In this document: in pieces, positions 8,583-16,051 of the stretch
Layout: the number at the start of each line of letters is the position of its first letter
Position numbering within the stretch: position 1 is the stretch's first letter
Notes under the pieces: model-generated
Seen by the model: only the letters and a program-made list of their open reading frames with translations
The model's database searches: none
Told to the model about the DNA's origin: nothing
Translations under genes and position numbers: made by a program
DNA from: Patescibacteria group bacterium
GTDB lineage: Bacteria > Patescibacteriota > Patescibacteriia > JAXHNJ01
Assembly (NCBI GenBank): GCA_041649715.1
Contig: JBAZMP010000001.1
Location: 210,741-274,740 of the forward strand
Reading direction: 5' to 3'
DNA: 64,000 nucleotides

Positions 8583-9797
8583 ATGAAAAATATCCGCCGA
8601 CTGAAAAAATCATCAATAATTTACGTCTTGTTGCTGTTGGCGCTGATTTTAATTATAAGAGAGGCAAGACCCGTTTATGCCGAAAAAGACCGCTGCGGCC
8701 AATTTTCTTATACCGCGAAAAATGGCCGACATGAAGTTACCTGCCAGAACGATCTTTGCTCGGTCGAGGGCGCTTCACCGAAAAATTGCGAATGCGACAA
8801 TAATTATTGCTGTGTGGAATACGAGACTGGCCGGCTTGTTTCCTTAGAATGTGTGTCTAGCGCCGGCGCCAGTACGGGGACCGAAAACGGGCAGGGCAGC
8901 GAAGTGGTTTTTGAACCGCAGATTCCCTTGCCTGATTTTGCCGGCGGTACGGTTTCCGGCAGCCAATTTGGCGAATACCTAAAAGCTTTTTACCGGTATT
9001 TTTCCGGCGTGGTCGGGATTCTGGCGGCCGCCATGATAGTTTTTGGCGGGTATCAGTGGATTACGGCCGCCGGCAACGCAAGCCGGATCCAAAACGCCAA
9101 GACAACGATCAGCGGAGCGCTGGTCGGCCTGGTTTTGACCCTGACCGCCTATATTTTTCTTAATACGATCAACCCGGAACTGGTGCAGTTCAAATCTATC
9201 GAGCCCGGCGAGATCGCTCGCAACGCGCTAGAAAGCACGCAAACTCAAGAATGCCCCACCGACACGGAACTGGTGGAATTAAAGGCTTATTTTCCCAATA
9301 ATGATTTGCTGCGCGTCGCGGCCAGCGTCTCGGATCCTCGGGTCAGAAACGTGATGATACCCAAACTTGAAAAAGCCGCCAAAGAATTAAAACAAAATGA
9401 TATGAAATTGGTGATCACCGGCGCTCATCGGACTTTTGCCACTCAACAAAGATTATTCGCCTGTTATCAGGAATACAATAATACATATAGTTGCGATCTT
9501 ACCAAGTGTCCGGAAAAATGCAACGAAGCGGCGGCGCCTTCTTGTGACGCCCCGCATCTTACCGGGATGGCCATTGATGCCTGCGTGGAGGTCGGCACCG
9601 ACACCACTTTATGCACCATGATGTCCACCAAGCCCATTAATAATAATCATCCCACTGACACGAATTTAAAAAATTCACAGATCAAGTTCCAGGAGATCAT
9701 GCAGTACAACGGTTTTTACCGCTACTGCGGTGAGTGGTGGCATTTTGAGGCAGCCGAGATGTCTGCCTCTTGTGATCCGGGCGAATATTCATATTAA
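8583..9797 (+). CDS. Fusion protein: VirB2/TrbC pilin-like module plus C-terminal M15 (VanY-like) peptidase
   Basis: 404 aa. Signal/TM. Module FYRYFSGVVGILAAAMIVFGGYQWITAAGNASRIQNAKTTISGALVGLVLTLTAYIFLNTINP is about 80% identical to that of 5388..6662. C-terminal domain carries HLTGMAIDA (the HxxGxAxD zinc site) and EWWHFE (the ExxH site), typical of LAS/M15 peptidases. Confidence 0.6.
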   Translation: MKNIRRLKKSSIIYVLLLLALILIIREARPVYAEKDRCGQFSYTAKNGRHEVTCQNDLCSVEGASPKNCECDNNYCCVEYETGRLVSLECVSSAGASTGTENGQGSEVVFEPQIPLPDFAGGTVSGSQFGEYLKAFYRYFSGVVGILAAAMIVFGGYQWITAAGNASRIQNAKTTISGALVGLVLTLTAYIFLNTINPELVQFKSIEPGEIARNALESTQTQECPTDTELVELKAYFPNNDLLRVAASVSDPRVRNVMIPKLEKAAKELKQNDMKLVITGAHRTFATQQRLFACYQEYNNTYSCDLTKCPEKCNEAAAPSCDAPHLTGMAIDACVEVGTDTTLCTMMSTKPINNNHPTDTNLKNSQIKFQEIMQYNGFYRYCGEWWHFEAAEMSASCDPGEYSY

Positions 9798-9803
9798 CGA
9801 AAA

Positions 9804-11153
9804 ATGTCTTTAAAGGGGAAAAACAAAACCATATACGTCTGTTCGCACTGCGGCTCCCAGTTTCCCAAATGGCTGGGCCGCTGTTCCGAGTGCGGCGCCT
9901 GGGGCACTTTGGCTCCAGAAATTGCGTTGCCGCCTGACCGGAAGCAGCAGATCACCGGTCGCGTCGGGGAGTTGACTGATTTTTCGCGGGTCGTGGGCCG
10001 GGATTTTTCCCGCCTAAGAACAAATTTAACGGAATTAGACCGGGTGATGGGCGGCGGACTGGTGCCTGGTTCTTTGGTGTTGCTGACCGGCGAGCCCGGG
10101 ATCGGCAAATCCACCCTGGTTTTACAGATGATAAATCTATTGAATGAGGAAACGGTCTATGTCTCCGGCGAAGAATCACCCGAGCAAATAAAATTGCGGG
10201 CGGACCGGATCGGCCTGAAATCCGCAAAATTAAAATTCCTTTCCGAAACAAATATCGATAATATTATCGCCACGCTGGCTTCCGCCCGGCCAAAAGTGGC
10301 GGTTGTCGATTCTATTCAGACGATTTTTTGGGAAGATCTGCCTTCTGAATCCGGCAGCCCGGCGCAAATCAAGGTCTGCACGGTAAAATTGATGGAGCTG
10401 GCCAAGAAAAGCGATATTGTCATAATAATTATCGGCCATGTGACAAAAGAAGGAATCCTGGCCGGGCCAAAAACCATGGAGCATTTAGTGGATACGGTTT
10501 TATACCTGGAAGGCGACCGTTACCATGCTTTTCGGCTTTTGCGGGCCACCAAGAATCGTTTCGGCGCCACTTCCGAAGTGGGCGTTTTTGACATGCAAGC
10601 CGGCGGTCTGGTGGAAGTTAATAATCCTTCGGCGGTTTTTTTGGCGGAAAGGCAAAAGTCGCCCGGATCGAGCGTCGTCGCCATCATCGAAGGCTCACGG
10701 GCTTTTTTGGTTGAGATCCAGGCTTTAGTCAATACGACCGTTTTCGGGCTGCCCAGAAGAACGGCCAATGGGGTGGATTTTAACCGTCTGCAGATGATAA
10801 TCGCTGTGCTGGCCAAGCGTTGCGGCTTCCGTTTAGGCAATCAGGATATTTACGTGAATGTGGTCGGCGGTTTTAAAGTGACTGAGCCAGCCGTGGATCT
10901 GGCCATTGCCCTGGCAATCGCCTCGGCCTTTAAGAATAAATTTATCCCGGAAAAAACGGTTGTTTTAGGCGAGATCGGTCTAGGCGGAGAGATCCGCACG
11001 GTTTCGCAAGGGGAAAAGAGATTGAATGAGATCGAAAAAATGGGTTTTAAGGATGTGATCTTGAGCGCCAATGATAAAATCAGCCGGCCAAAACTGAATC
11101 TTCTCCGCGTAAAAAATCTGGCGGAGGTAATAAAGGAAGTGATTGGATATTAA
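9804..11153 (+). CDS. radA: DNA repair protein RadA/Sms
   Basis: 449 aa. N-terminal C4 zinc finger CSHCGSQFPKWLGRCSECGAWG. Walker A GEPGIGKSTL. KNRFG motif. Lon-like C-terminal domain. Confidence 0.9.
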   Translation: MSLKGKNKTIYVCSHCGSQFPKWLGRCSECGAWGTLAPEIALPPDRKQQITGRVGELTDFSRVVGRDFSRLRTNLTELDRVMGGGLVPGSLVLLTGEPGIGKSTLVLQMINLLNEETVYVSGEESPEQIKLRADRIGLKSAKLKFLSETNIDNIIATLASARPKVAVVDSIQTIFWEDLPSESGSPAQIKVCTVKLMELAKKSDIVIIIIGHVTKEGILAGPKTMEHLVDTVLYLEGDRYHAFRLLRATKNRFGATSEVGVFDMQAGGLVEVNNPSAVFLAERQKSPGSSVVAIIEGSRAFLVEIQALVNTTVFGLPRRTANGVDFNRLQMIIAVLAKRCGFRLGNQDIYVNVVGGFKVTEPAVDLAIALAIASAFKNKFIPEKTVVLGEIGLGGEIRTVSQGEKRLNEIEKMGFKDVILSANDKISRPKLNLLRVKNLAEVIKEVIGY

Positions 11154-11169
11154 TTAAATAAAGAAATTA

Positions 11170-11195
11170 AATCAGGTTCGGCCTGATTTTTTTGG
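11170..11195 (+). terminator. Rho-independent terminator after radA
   Basis: AATCAGG-TTCGG-CCTGATT hairpin followed by TTTTTTTGG. Confidence 0.5.
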
Positions 11196-11247
11196 CGAAA
11201 AAAAGAAGCCCCCATTCTAGTGGCTTCAAGATGTTAGTTGGGGGCTT
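11195..11247 (-). terminator. Putative terminator after the TraR/DksA-like gene
   Basis: On the minus strand, a 9-bp stem AAGCCCCCA/TGGGGGCTT with a long loop, followed by CTTTTTTT. Confidence 0.35.
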
Positions 11248-11261
11248 GTAGGAACAAATTA

Positions 11262-11501
11262 TTACCTTCCTCTCTCCTTTGTTTTTTTGCAGCCGGCACA
11301 GCCGCAGCATTTATCGGTATCGGGGAGGGCTTCGAGTCTATCGGGCTCGATCTGTTTTCTGCACACGATGCATGTGCCCGGTTTGATACCGAGTTCTCTG
11401 CGCTTGGCAATAACGGCGATTTTTTCCCGCCGCAATTGTTCATTGCGGGCCTCAAGGGCCAGATCTGCCGGCAACTGTCGGATCGTGTCTATCGTATCCA
11501 T
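11262..11501 (-). CDS. TraR/DksA-family C4 zinc-finger protein
   Basis: 79 aa. C-terminal CIVCRKQIEPDRLEALPDTDKCCGCAGC, as in DksA/TraR. Confidence 0.55.
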   Translation of the reverse strand: MDTIDTIRQLPADLALEARNEQLRREKIAVIAKRRELGIKPGTCIVCRKQIEPDRLEALPDTDKCCGCAGCKKTKERGR

Positions 11502-11930
11502 TGAGAGTTCCTCCTGCCAGGGAACAACGGTAACTGTAAGGGTTTGGGTGACCCTTCCTTAGAACAACAAAACGAAGCGTAAAACCTCACCTCCTTAACG
11601 CGTGAAAAGGTTTCAGGGACATTTCTTTTTTTGCAAAGAAATGATTTAAGATAAATGGAAATGGGGGTCAGGACAGACTTTGAGTGACAATGGTCAAAAC
11701 GCCGGCCGCAGAAAAGTTGTGGCAGAAGGAACTCCCGAAAGCCGAGAGCAACTAATCCGCAACCGCGTGACCTTGTTCCTACTCAAGACCTGGGTCTTGA
11801 GGCAGGGACCTCCCATATTGTCGGAGTCTGGCCGTTTTCCCCCCATTTTGCGAAGGTAATAGGATTGGGAATGAGCAAAAGTACTTTTTATTCTAAAGTA
11901 TATTTTAAACTATGTCAAGTCTTTGGCTTT

Positions 11931-14003
11931 TTATTCCCCGTGTATTTCTTTTTGCCACTCGCCAATTTTTTGTAAAAGGAGGGGAAATTTGGCTAGGGAC
12001 GGGTCATTTTCCATTAAAGATTTGGCCGCGGTTCGGGCTTGGGAAATTAGAGCAACGTCGGCGAGAGTTGCCATCCGGAAATCTGGCAATCCGGATTGCC
12101 TTGCCCCTATAAAATCGCCCGGGCCGCGCATTTTCAGATCGAATTCCGCCAGGCGAAAGCCGTCGCTGGTTTTTTCCAAAGCGGCCAGACGGTCGGCTGT
12201 TTTTAGGCTATCGCTTTCCGTGAAAAGAAAACAATATGATTGATGATGGCTTCTGCCGACCCGGCCCCGGAATTGATGAAGCTGGGCCAGACCGAATCTT
12301 TCCGCCCCTTCGATCATCATGACTGTGGCATTGGCAATATCAATACCCACCTCAATGACGGAAGTAGAAACGAGGATATTGATTTTATTGTTTTTAAAAT
12401 CAGCCATCACTTTTTCTTTCTCCTCCGTTTTTAGCTTGCCGTGAAGCAGGCCTATTTTCAGATCGGGAAAAACCTCATTGTTTAATTTCTCATATTCCTG
12501 TTTTACCGATTTAACCCCCAGTTTATCGGAAGATTCGATCAGGGGACAGATCACAAAGGTTTGCCGGCCGGCTTTGATTTGATTACGGATGAAATCATAG
12601 GCCTTAAAACGTTTGTCCGGGCTGACCACTTTGGTCAGGATTTTTCTTCGGCCGGCCGGCATTTCCGAGATTAAAGATAAATCCAGGTCGCCATAAACAG
12701 TTAGGGCGAGACTTCTGGGGATAGGAGTGGCGGTCATGGAGAGAAGATGGGGCATTAATTTATGGCCGGAAGAGGATTTTTCCCGCAAGGTTTTTCTTTG
12801 GGCCACGCCGAAACGGTGCTGTTCATCAACGACGACCAAAGAAAGATTTTTAAAGGTCACTTCTTCTTGGATCAAGGCGTGGGTGCCGATAACTAACTCG
12901 ATCTCACCGCTTTTTATCTTTTTTATGACGCCGGCGTGGTTTATTTTTCGGCCGCCGCTTTCTGTAAAATTACGGGTCAGCAAGGCGGTTTTTATCCGGA
13001 ACGGTTTTAAGAATTTTTTTATTTTTTCAAAATGCTGGTGGGCGAGTATTTCCGTTGGCGCCATGAAGGCGGTCTGAAAGCCGTTTCTGGCCGTATTCAG
13101 AATCGCCATAACCGCCACGATCGTCTTGCCGGAGCCGACATCCCCTTCCAATAACCTGTTCATAGGAGAGGATTTTTCCAGGTCCTTTAGAATTTCCCAG
13201 GCCGCTTTTTTCTGGCTTAGAGTCAGGGTAAAGGGGAGGGATTTAACAAATTCCCGGGTAACATTTTCCAGGAATTTAATGACCGGGGCCCGGGCTTTTT
13301 TCAGATAAATTTTATTCTGCCAGACTTGTGTTTGGATAAGAAAAAGCTCCTCAAATTTCAGGCGATTTTCCGCTTTTACCAATAAATCTTTGTTTTCCGG
13401 GAAATGGATCTGTTCTAATGCCTGGGCCAGCGGGATTAGCCGATAATTTTTTTGGATTTCGGCGGGCAGGAAATCCGGGATATTTTTTGCCGCATAGAGG
13501 ATCGATTTGATGAAAAACCGCATCTGCCTTTGGGTGATCCCGGCGGTCAGTGAATAGACGGGAACGATCCGGCCGGTATGCGTCTGCTCTTTTTTCACTT
13601 TTTCAAAAGAGGGGGAGATAAACTCGGGGGTGAGGTAATCCATCTCGACTTTGCCGGAAAGAATGATTTCGTCTCCGGGTTTCAATATTTTGGATAAGTA
13701 CGGCTGGTTGAACCAGACGATCTTGATTGAGCCGGTGTCGTCAGCGACCAGGCTTTCCGTGATGAACATTCTTCTCCGCCGGAAACTGCGGCGGCCGGTG
13801 ATCAGTTGCACCTTGCCTTTTATCGTGCAGATTTCGTGGGGTTTGACCTGATTGACTTTGACGATATGCGAAAAATCCTCGTAGCGGTAAGGAAAATAAA
13901 AAAGTAAGTCGTGGACAGTCTCGAGGTCTAAACTTTTAAGCTTGGCCGCAATCGCCGGTCCGACGCGCGGTATTTCCGAAATAGGAGAAAGATGGGTCAG
14001 CAT
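11931..14003 (-). CDS. recG: ATP-dependent DNA helicase RecG
   Basis: 690 aa. Wedge/OB N-terminal region. Helicase motifs GDVGSGKT, VVDEQHRFG, QFRGRVGR. RecG domain order. Confidence 0.9.
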   Translation of the reverse strand: MLTHLSPISEIPRVGPAIAAKLKSLDLETVHDLLFYFPYRYEDFSHIVKVNQVKPHEICTIKGKVQLITGRRSFRRRRMFITESLVADDTGSIKIVWFNQPYLSKILKPGDEIILSGKVEMDYLTPEFISPSFEKVKKEQTHTGRIVPVYSLTAGITQRQMRFFIKSILYAAKNIPDFLPAEIQKNYRLIPLAQALEQIHFPENKDLLVKAENRLKFEELFLIQTQVWQNKIYLKKARAPVIKFLENVTREFVKSLPFTLTLSQKKAAWEILKDLEKSSPMNRLLEGDVGSGKTIVAVMAILNTARNGFQTAFMAPTEILAHQHFEKIKKFLKPFRIKTALLTRNFTESGGRKINHAGVIKKIKSGEIELVIGTHALIQEEVTFKNLSLVVVDEQHRFGVAQRKTLREKSSSGHKLMPHLLSMTATPIPRSLALTVYGDLDLSLISEMPAGRRKILTKVVSPDKRFKAYDFIRNQIKAGRQTFVICPLIESSDKLGVKSVKQEYEKLNNEVFPDLKIGLLHGKLKTEEKEKVMADFKNNKINILVSTSVIEVGIDIANATVMMIEGAERFGLAQLHQFRGRVGRSHHQSYCFLFTESDSLKTADRLAALEKTSDGFRLAEFDLKMRGPGDFIGARQSGLPDFRMATLADVALISQARTAAKSLMENDPSLAKFPLLLQKIGEWQKEIHGE

Positions 14004-14035
14004 GCCTTAATTTTAGCACAAAAAATCAATAAAAT

Positions 14036-14065
14036 AGAGGGTGCTTCCCGAAAGAAGCACCCTCT
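14036..14065 (-). terminator. Rho-independent terminator (perfect 12-bp hairpin)
   Basis: AGAGGGTGCTTC-CCGAAA-GAAGCACCCTCT. On the minus strand it is followed by ATTTTATTGATTTTTT. Confidence 0.5.
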
Positions 14066-14114
14066 TCAACTTGACGCGCTTTTCAGCGTTTTGACCCTAG
14101 ATCATCCGTGATTT

Positions 14115-14237
14115 TCAGGTCGAGCTGTCCTCGGTATCCTTCTTGATGAGGAACGCGCCGTTCATCTCCTGGGTCTGGTTCGCCTTGGGCCTGCTTGCGT
14201 TGCCCTCACTGATCGCCTTGGAATTGAGTACAATCAT
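14115..14237 (-). CDS. Candidate small ORF (40 aa) with strong Shine-Dalgarno; below the ORF-track cut-off
   Basis: Minus strand reads GGGGAGGAttgcccatATG, then MIVLNSKAISEGNASRPKANQTQEMNGAFLIKKDTEDSST, then TGA. Sits in a GC-rich unit bounded by two terminators and preceded by an extended -10. Confidence 0.3.
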   Translation of the reverse strand: MIVLNSKAISEGNASRPKANQTQEMNGAFLIKKDTEDSST

Positions 14238-14411
14238 ATGGGCAATCCTCCCCGGGTTTCTGGTTGATGATTGCGGTCTCCCCACTGGTTCCTAAGATTA
14301 TCCCTAGTTCCAACCCTGGCTGGTATTTCACCCCCTTCCTTAGCGAGATTTCTCCTTTCCGGAATAATCTTAAGAAAAAAGCTGCTCAAGCAAAGGTGCA
14401 TAACTGATATA

Positions 14412-14420
14412 ATTATAACA
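14412..14420 (-). promoter_or_regulatory. Extended -10 promoter element TGTTATAAT
   Basis: Minus strand TGnTATAAT, immediately downstream of the tRNA-Arg terminator and about 165 nt upstream of the small ORF. Confidence 0.3.
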
Positions 14421-14440
14421 AATTTTGAAAATAAAAAAAA

Positions 14441-14461
14441 CTGGGGGCGATGGCCCCCCGG
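14441..14461 (-). terminator. Rho-independent terminator downstream of tRNA-Arg
   Basis: Minus strand GC hairpin GGGGGC/GCCCCC with a 4-nt loop, followed by TTTTTTTTATTTT. Confidence 0.5.
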
Positions 14462-14504
14462 TCTTTAAGAGTTTCCGCTTTAAAGCTTTATCTGCCGTCG
14501 CCTA

Positions 14505-14577
14505 TGCCCTCGAGGGGAATCGAACCCTTATTGCAGGATCCGCAATCCTGCGTCCTATCCATTGAACGACGAGGGCA
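14505..14577 (-). tRNA. tRNA-Arg (anticodon GCG as read)
   Basis: Minus strand GCCCTCG-TC-GTTCAATGGATAGGAC-G-CAGGA-TTGCGGA-TCCTG-CAAT-AAGGG-TTCGATT-CCCCT-CGAGGGC-A. 7-bp acceptor stem, TTCGATT T-loop, one A-C mismatch in the T-stem, no encoded CCA. Confidence 0.7.
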
Positions 14578-14669
14578 AAGGTAACAGCGGATAGATTTTT
14601 TTTAATTTCCCGGGTTATCTTTACGCTTATTTTACTAAAAAAATTTTGGCAATTTCAAAAAGCCTAAAC

Positions 14670-15173
14670 TTATATCTTCAGCACGCGGCTTAAGGCATCG
14701 GAAGTGGGCTCATCTTCTTTTTCCAGATCTTCATCCAGGTACTTTTTCAGGATCTCCCGGATTTTCAGGGGATTTTCTTTCTCTAAAGGGATGGGCAGGG
14801 TCGGCCGGACAGCGCTTTTGAAGTCAAAATAGATGTTTTTTACTAAAGGCGGCTGGTAGATAATGTAGAATTTTTTAAGATCGTGAAAAGGGTAAAAATT
14901 CCGGCTTAGTTCGATCCCGTCTTCCTTGATCCGGCATTCGATTAACGGGGGTGATTGTCGGTTTTGGAGGATAAAAATAATGCCGATAATGACGATAATG
15001 AGGATAAAAAGATAATTTTTCGCGAAGATCGACCAGATCAAGACCGCCGCGGTGAGGATAAGAGCGGTAAGATACCAGGCCTTTCCTCTTTTATGAACGA
15101 TAAATTCCGGGAAGATCCAGGCGGCCAAAGTTTTACCATGGTCGATTTTTTCTTTTTGATTGTTATCCGGCAT
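14670..15173 (-). CDS. Hypothetical membrane protein (two TM helices)
   Basis: 167 aa. RBS GGGAG. Hydrophobic segments LTALILTAAVLIWSIF and LFILIIVIIGIIFIL. Confidence 0.5.
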   Translation of the reverse strand: MPDNNQKEKIDHGKTLAAWIFPEFIVHKRGKAWYLTALILTAAVLIWSIFAKNYLFILIIVIIGIIFILQNRQSPPLIECRIKEDGIELSRNFYPFHDLKKFYIIYQPPLVKNIYFDFKSAVRPTLPIPLEKENPLKIREILKKYLDEDLEKEDEPTSDALSRVLKI

Positions 15174-15290
15174 AGATTTTTTCTCCCATGATTTATTTTA
15201 ATTTTTGAGTTGATGGCGGAGGCGGCAGCCCCGCCATGCGGCGGGGTCTTCGCTTACGCTTCTAAATTCTCACTATGATCGGCGTCAGAA

Positions 15291-15379
15291 CGGAGGGGGT
15301 GAGATTCGAACTCACGGAACCTTTTTACGGGCTCAACGGTTTTCAAGACCGTCCCATTCAACCGCTCTGGCACCCCTCC
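15291..15379 (-). tRNA. tRNA-Ser (anticodon TGA), type II with long variable arm
   Basis: Minus strand GGAGGGG-TG-CCA-GAGCGGTTGAA-TGG-G-ACGGT-CTTGAAA-ACCGT-long arm-GTGAG-TTCGAAT-CTCAC-CCCCTCC-G. Same pattern as E. coli tRNA-Ser(UGA). Confidence 0.85.
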
Positions 15380-15424
15380 GTTCTGACGCGGAAAACTCAA
15401 CGCAATTAATAAATTATTAAAGTT

Positions 15425-15520
15425 TTTCTTCCTTCGGAAGATCACCCGTAGGGTGACAAGACTGTCCGACTTGTCCCGTCGAATGACGGGATTAAACCGC
15501 TCTCGCACGCCTCCATGAAA
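15425..15520 (-). other. tRNA-like fragment / multi-hairpin element between the two tRNA-Ser genes
   Basis: Minus strand begins GGAGGCGTGCGAGAGCGGTTTAAT (cf. tRNA-Ser 5' half GGAGGGGTGCCAGAGCGGTTGAAT) but has no matching 3' acceptor strand. It continues with four perfect hairpins: CCCGTC/GACGGG, GACAAG/CTTGTC, CACCC/GGGTG, TCTTCC/GGAAGA. Confidence 0.3.
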
Positions 15521-15609
15521 CGGAGAGTACAGGATTCGAACCTGTGCGGGACTTTTTAGATCCCCGCGGTTTAGCAAACCGCTGCCTTAAGCCACTCGGC
15601 CAACTCTCC
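15521..15609 (-). tRNA. tRNA-Ser (anticodon GCT), type II
   Basis: Minus strand GGAGAGT-TG-GCC-GAGTGGCTTAA-GGC-A-GCGGT-TTGCTAA-ACCGC-long arm-ACAGG-TTCGAAT-CCTGT-ACTCTCC-G. Confidence 0.85.
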
Positions 15610-15636
15610 AGAAATTATATGAATTGATTGAGTTAT

Positions 15637-16026
15637 TTATCTTTTTAATTCCTTGATTTCAGGATGAAAATCAACTTGATATTCCGGTATGCCTAAAGAA
15701 ATACCATACTGTCTAGCGTCGTCGTACTGCTGTTTTTTTTGCTTATCAATGAAGAAAAATTTGTCCCGGAAAATAATATAATGATGTGTATCGTTTTTAA
15801 AATCGGCGTACCAATTATGCTCCGAATCTAATGCCTTACTAATTTTCTCTGCAAAATTATGTGCCTGATTTTCTGGAATTTCTACAGTATGAAGAGTCCA
15901 TTGTTTTATCCAGGGCGTTTTGTGCTTTTCCGTTACTTTTTCAACTTTCGTTTTTAAAATTTTAATATTATTTAAGATAGCGTTATTTTCTAAACTTTCT
16001 TCAATAATTACCCCCTTATAATTCAT
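15637..16026 (-). CDS. Hypothetical protein (AT-rich gene)
   Basis: 129 aa. No recognisable motif. Markedly lower GC than its neighbours. Confidence 0.45.
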   Translation of the reverse strand: MNYKGVIIEESLENNAILNNIKILKTKVEKVTEKHKTPWIKQWTLHTVEIPENQAHNFAEKISKALDSEHNWYADFKNDTHHYIIFRDKFFFIDKQKKQQYDDARQYGISLGIPEYQVDFHPEIKELKR

Positions 16027-16051
16027 AAGTTAACCCTATTTTTTTGATTTA

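Noticed and set aside
11584-11610. CACCTCCTTA, identical to the 16S rRNA 3' end
   Set aside because: Only 10 nt match with no surrounding 16S-like sequence, so it is taken as coincidence.
12727-13308. Plus-strand ORFs inside recG
   Set aside because: Antisense to a confidently identified helicase gene.
14060-14430. Possible RNase P RNA or tmRNA in the terminator-bounded GC-rich unit
   Set aside because: The conserved GGAAAGUCCGGGC / ACAGAACCCGGCUUA blocks are absent or in the wrong order. There is no tRNA-like 3' end (no GGTTCGA) and no Ala-ending tag reading frame.
15425-15520. Bacterial SRP (4.5S) RNA because of CUUCCGAAGGAAG
   Set aside because: The architecture is four short independent hairpins rather than one long helix-8-like hairpin, and the AGCAG/GGAA domain IV motif is missing.
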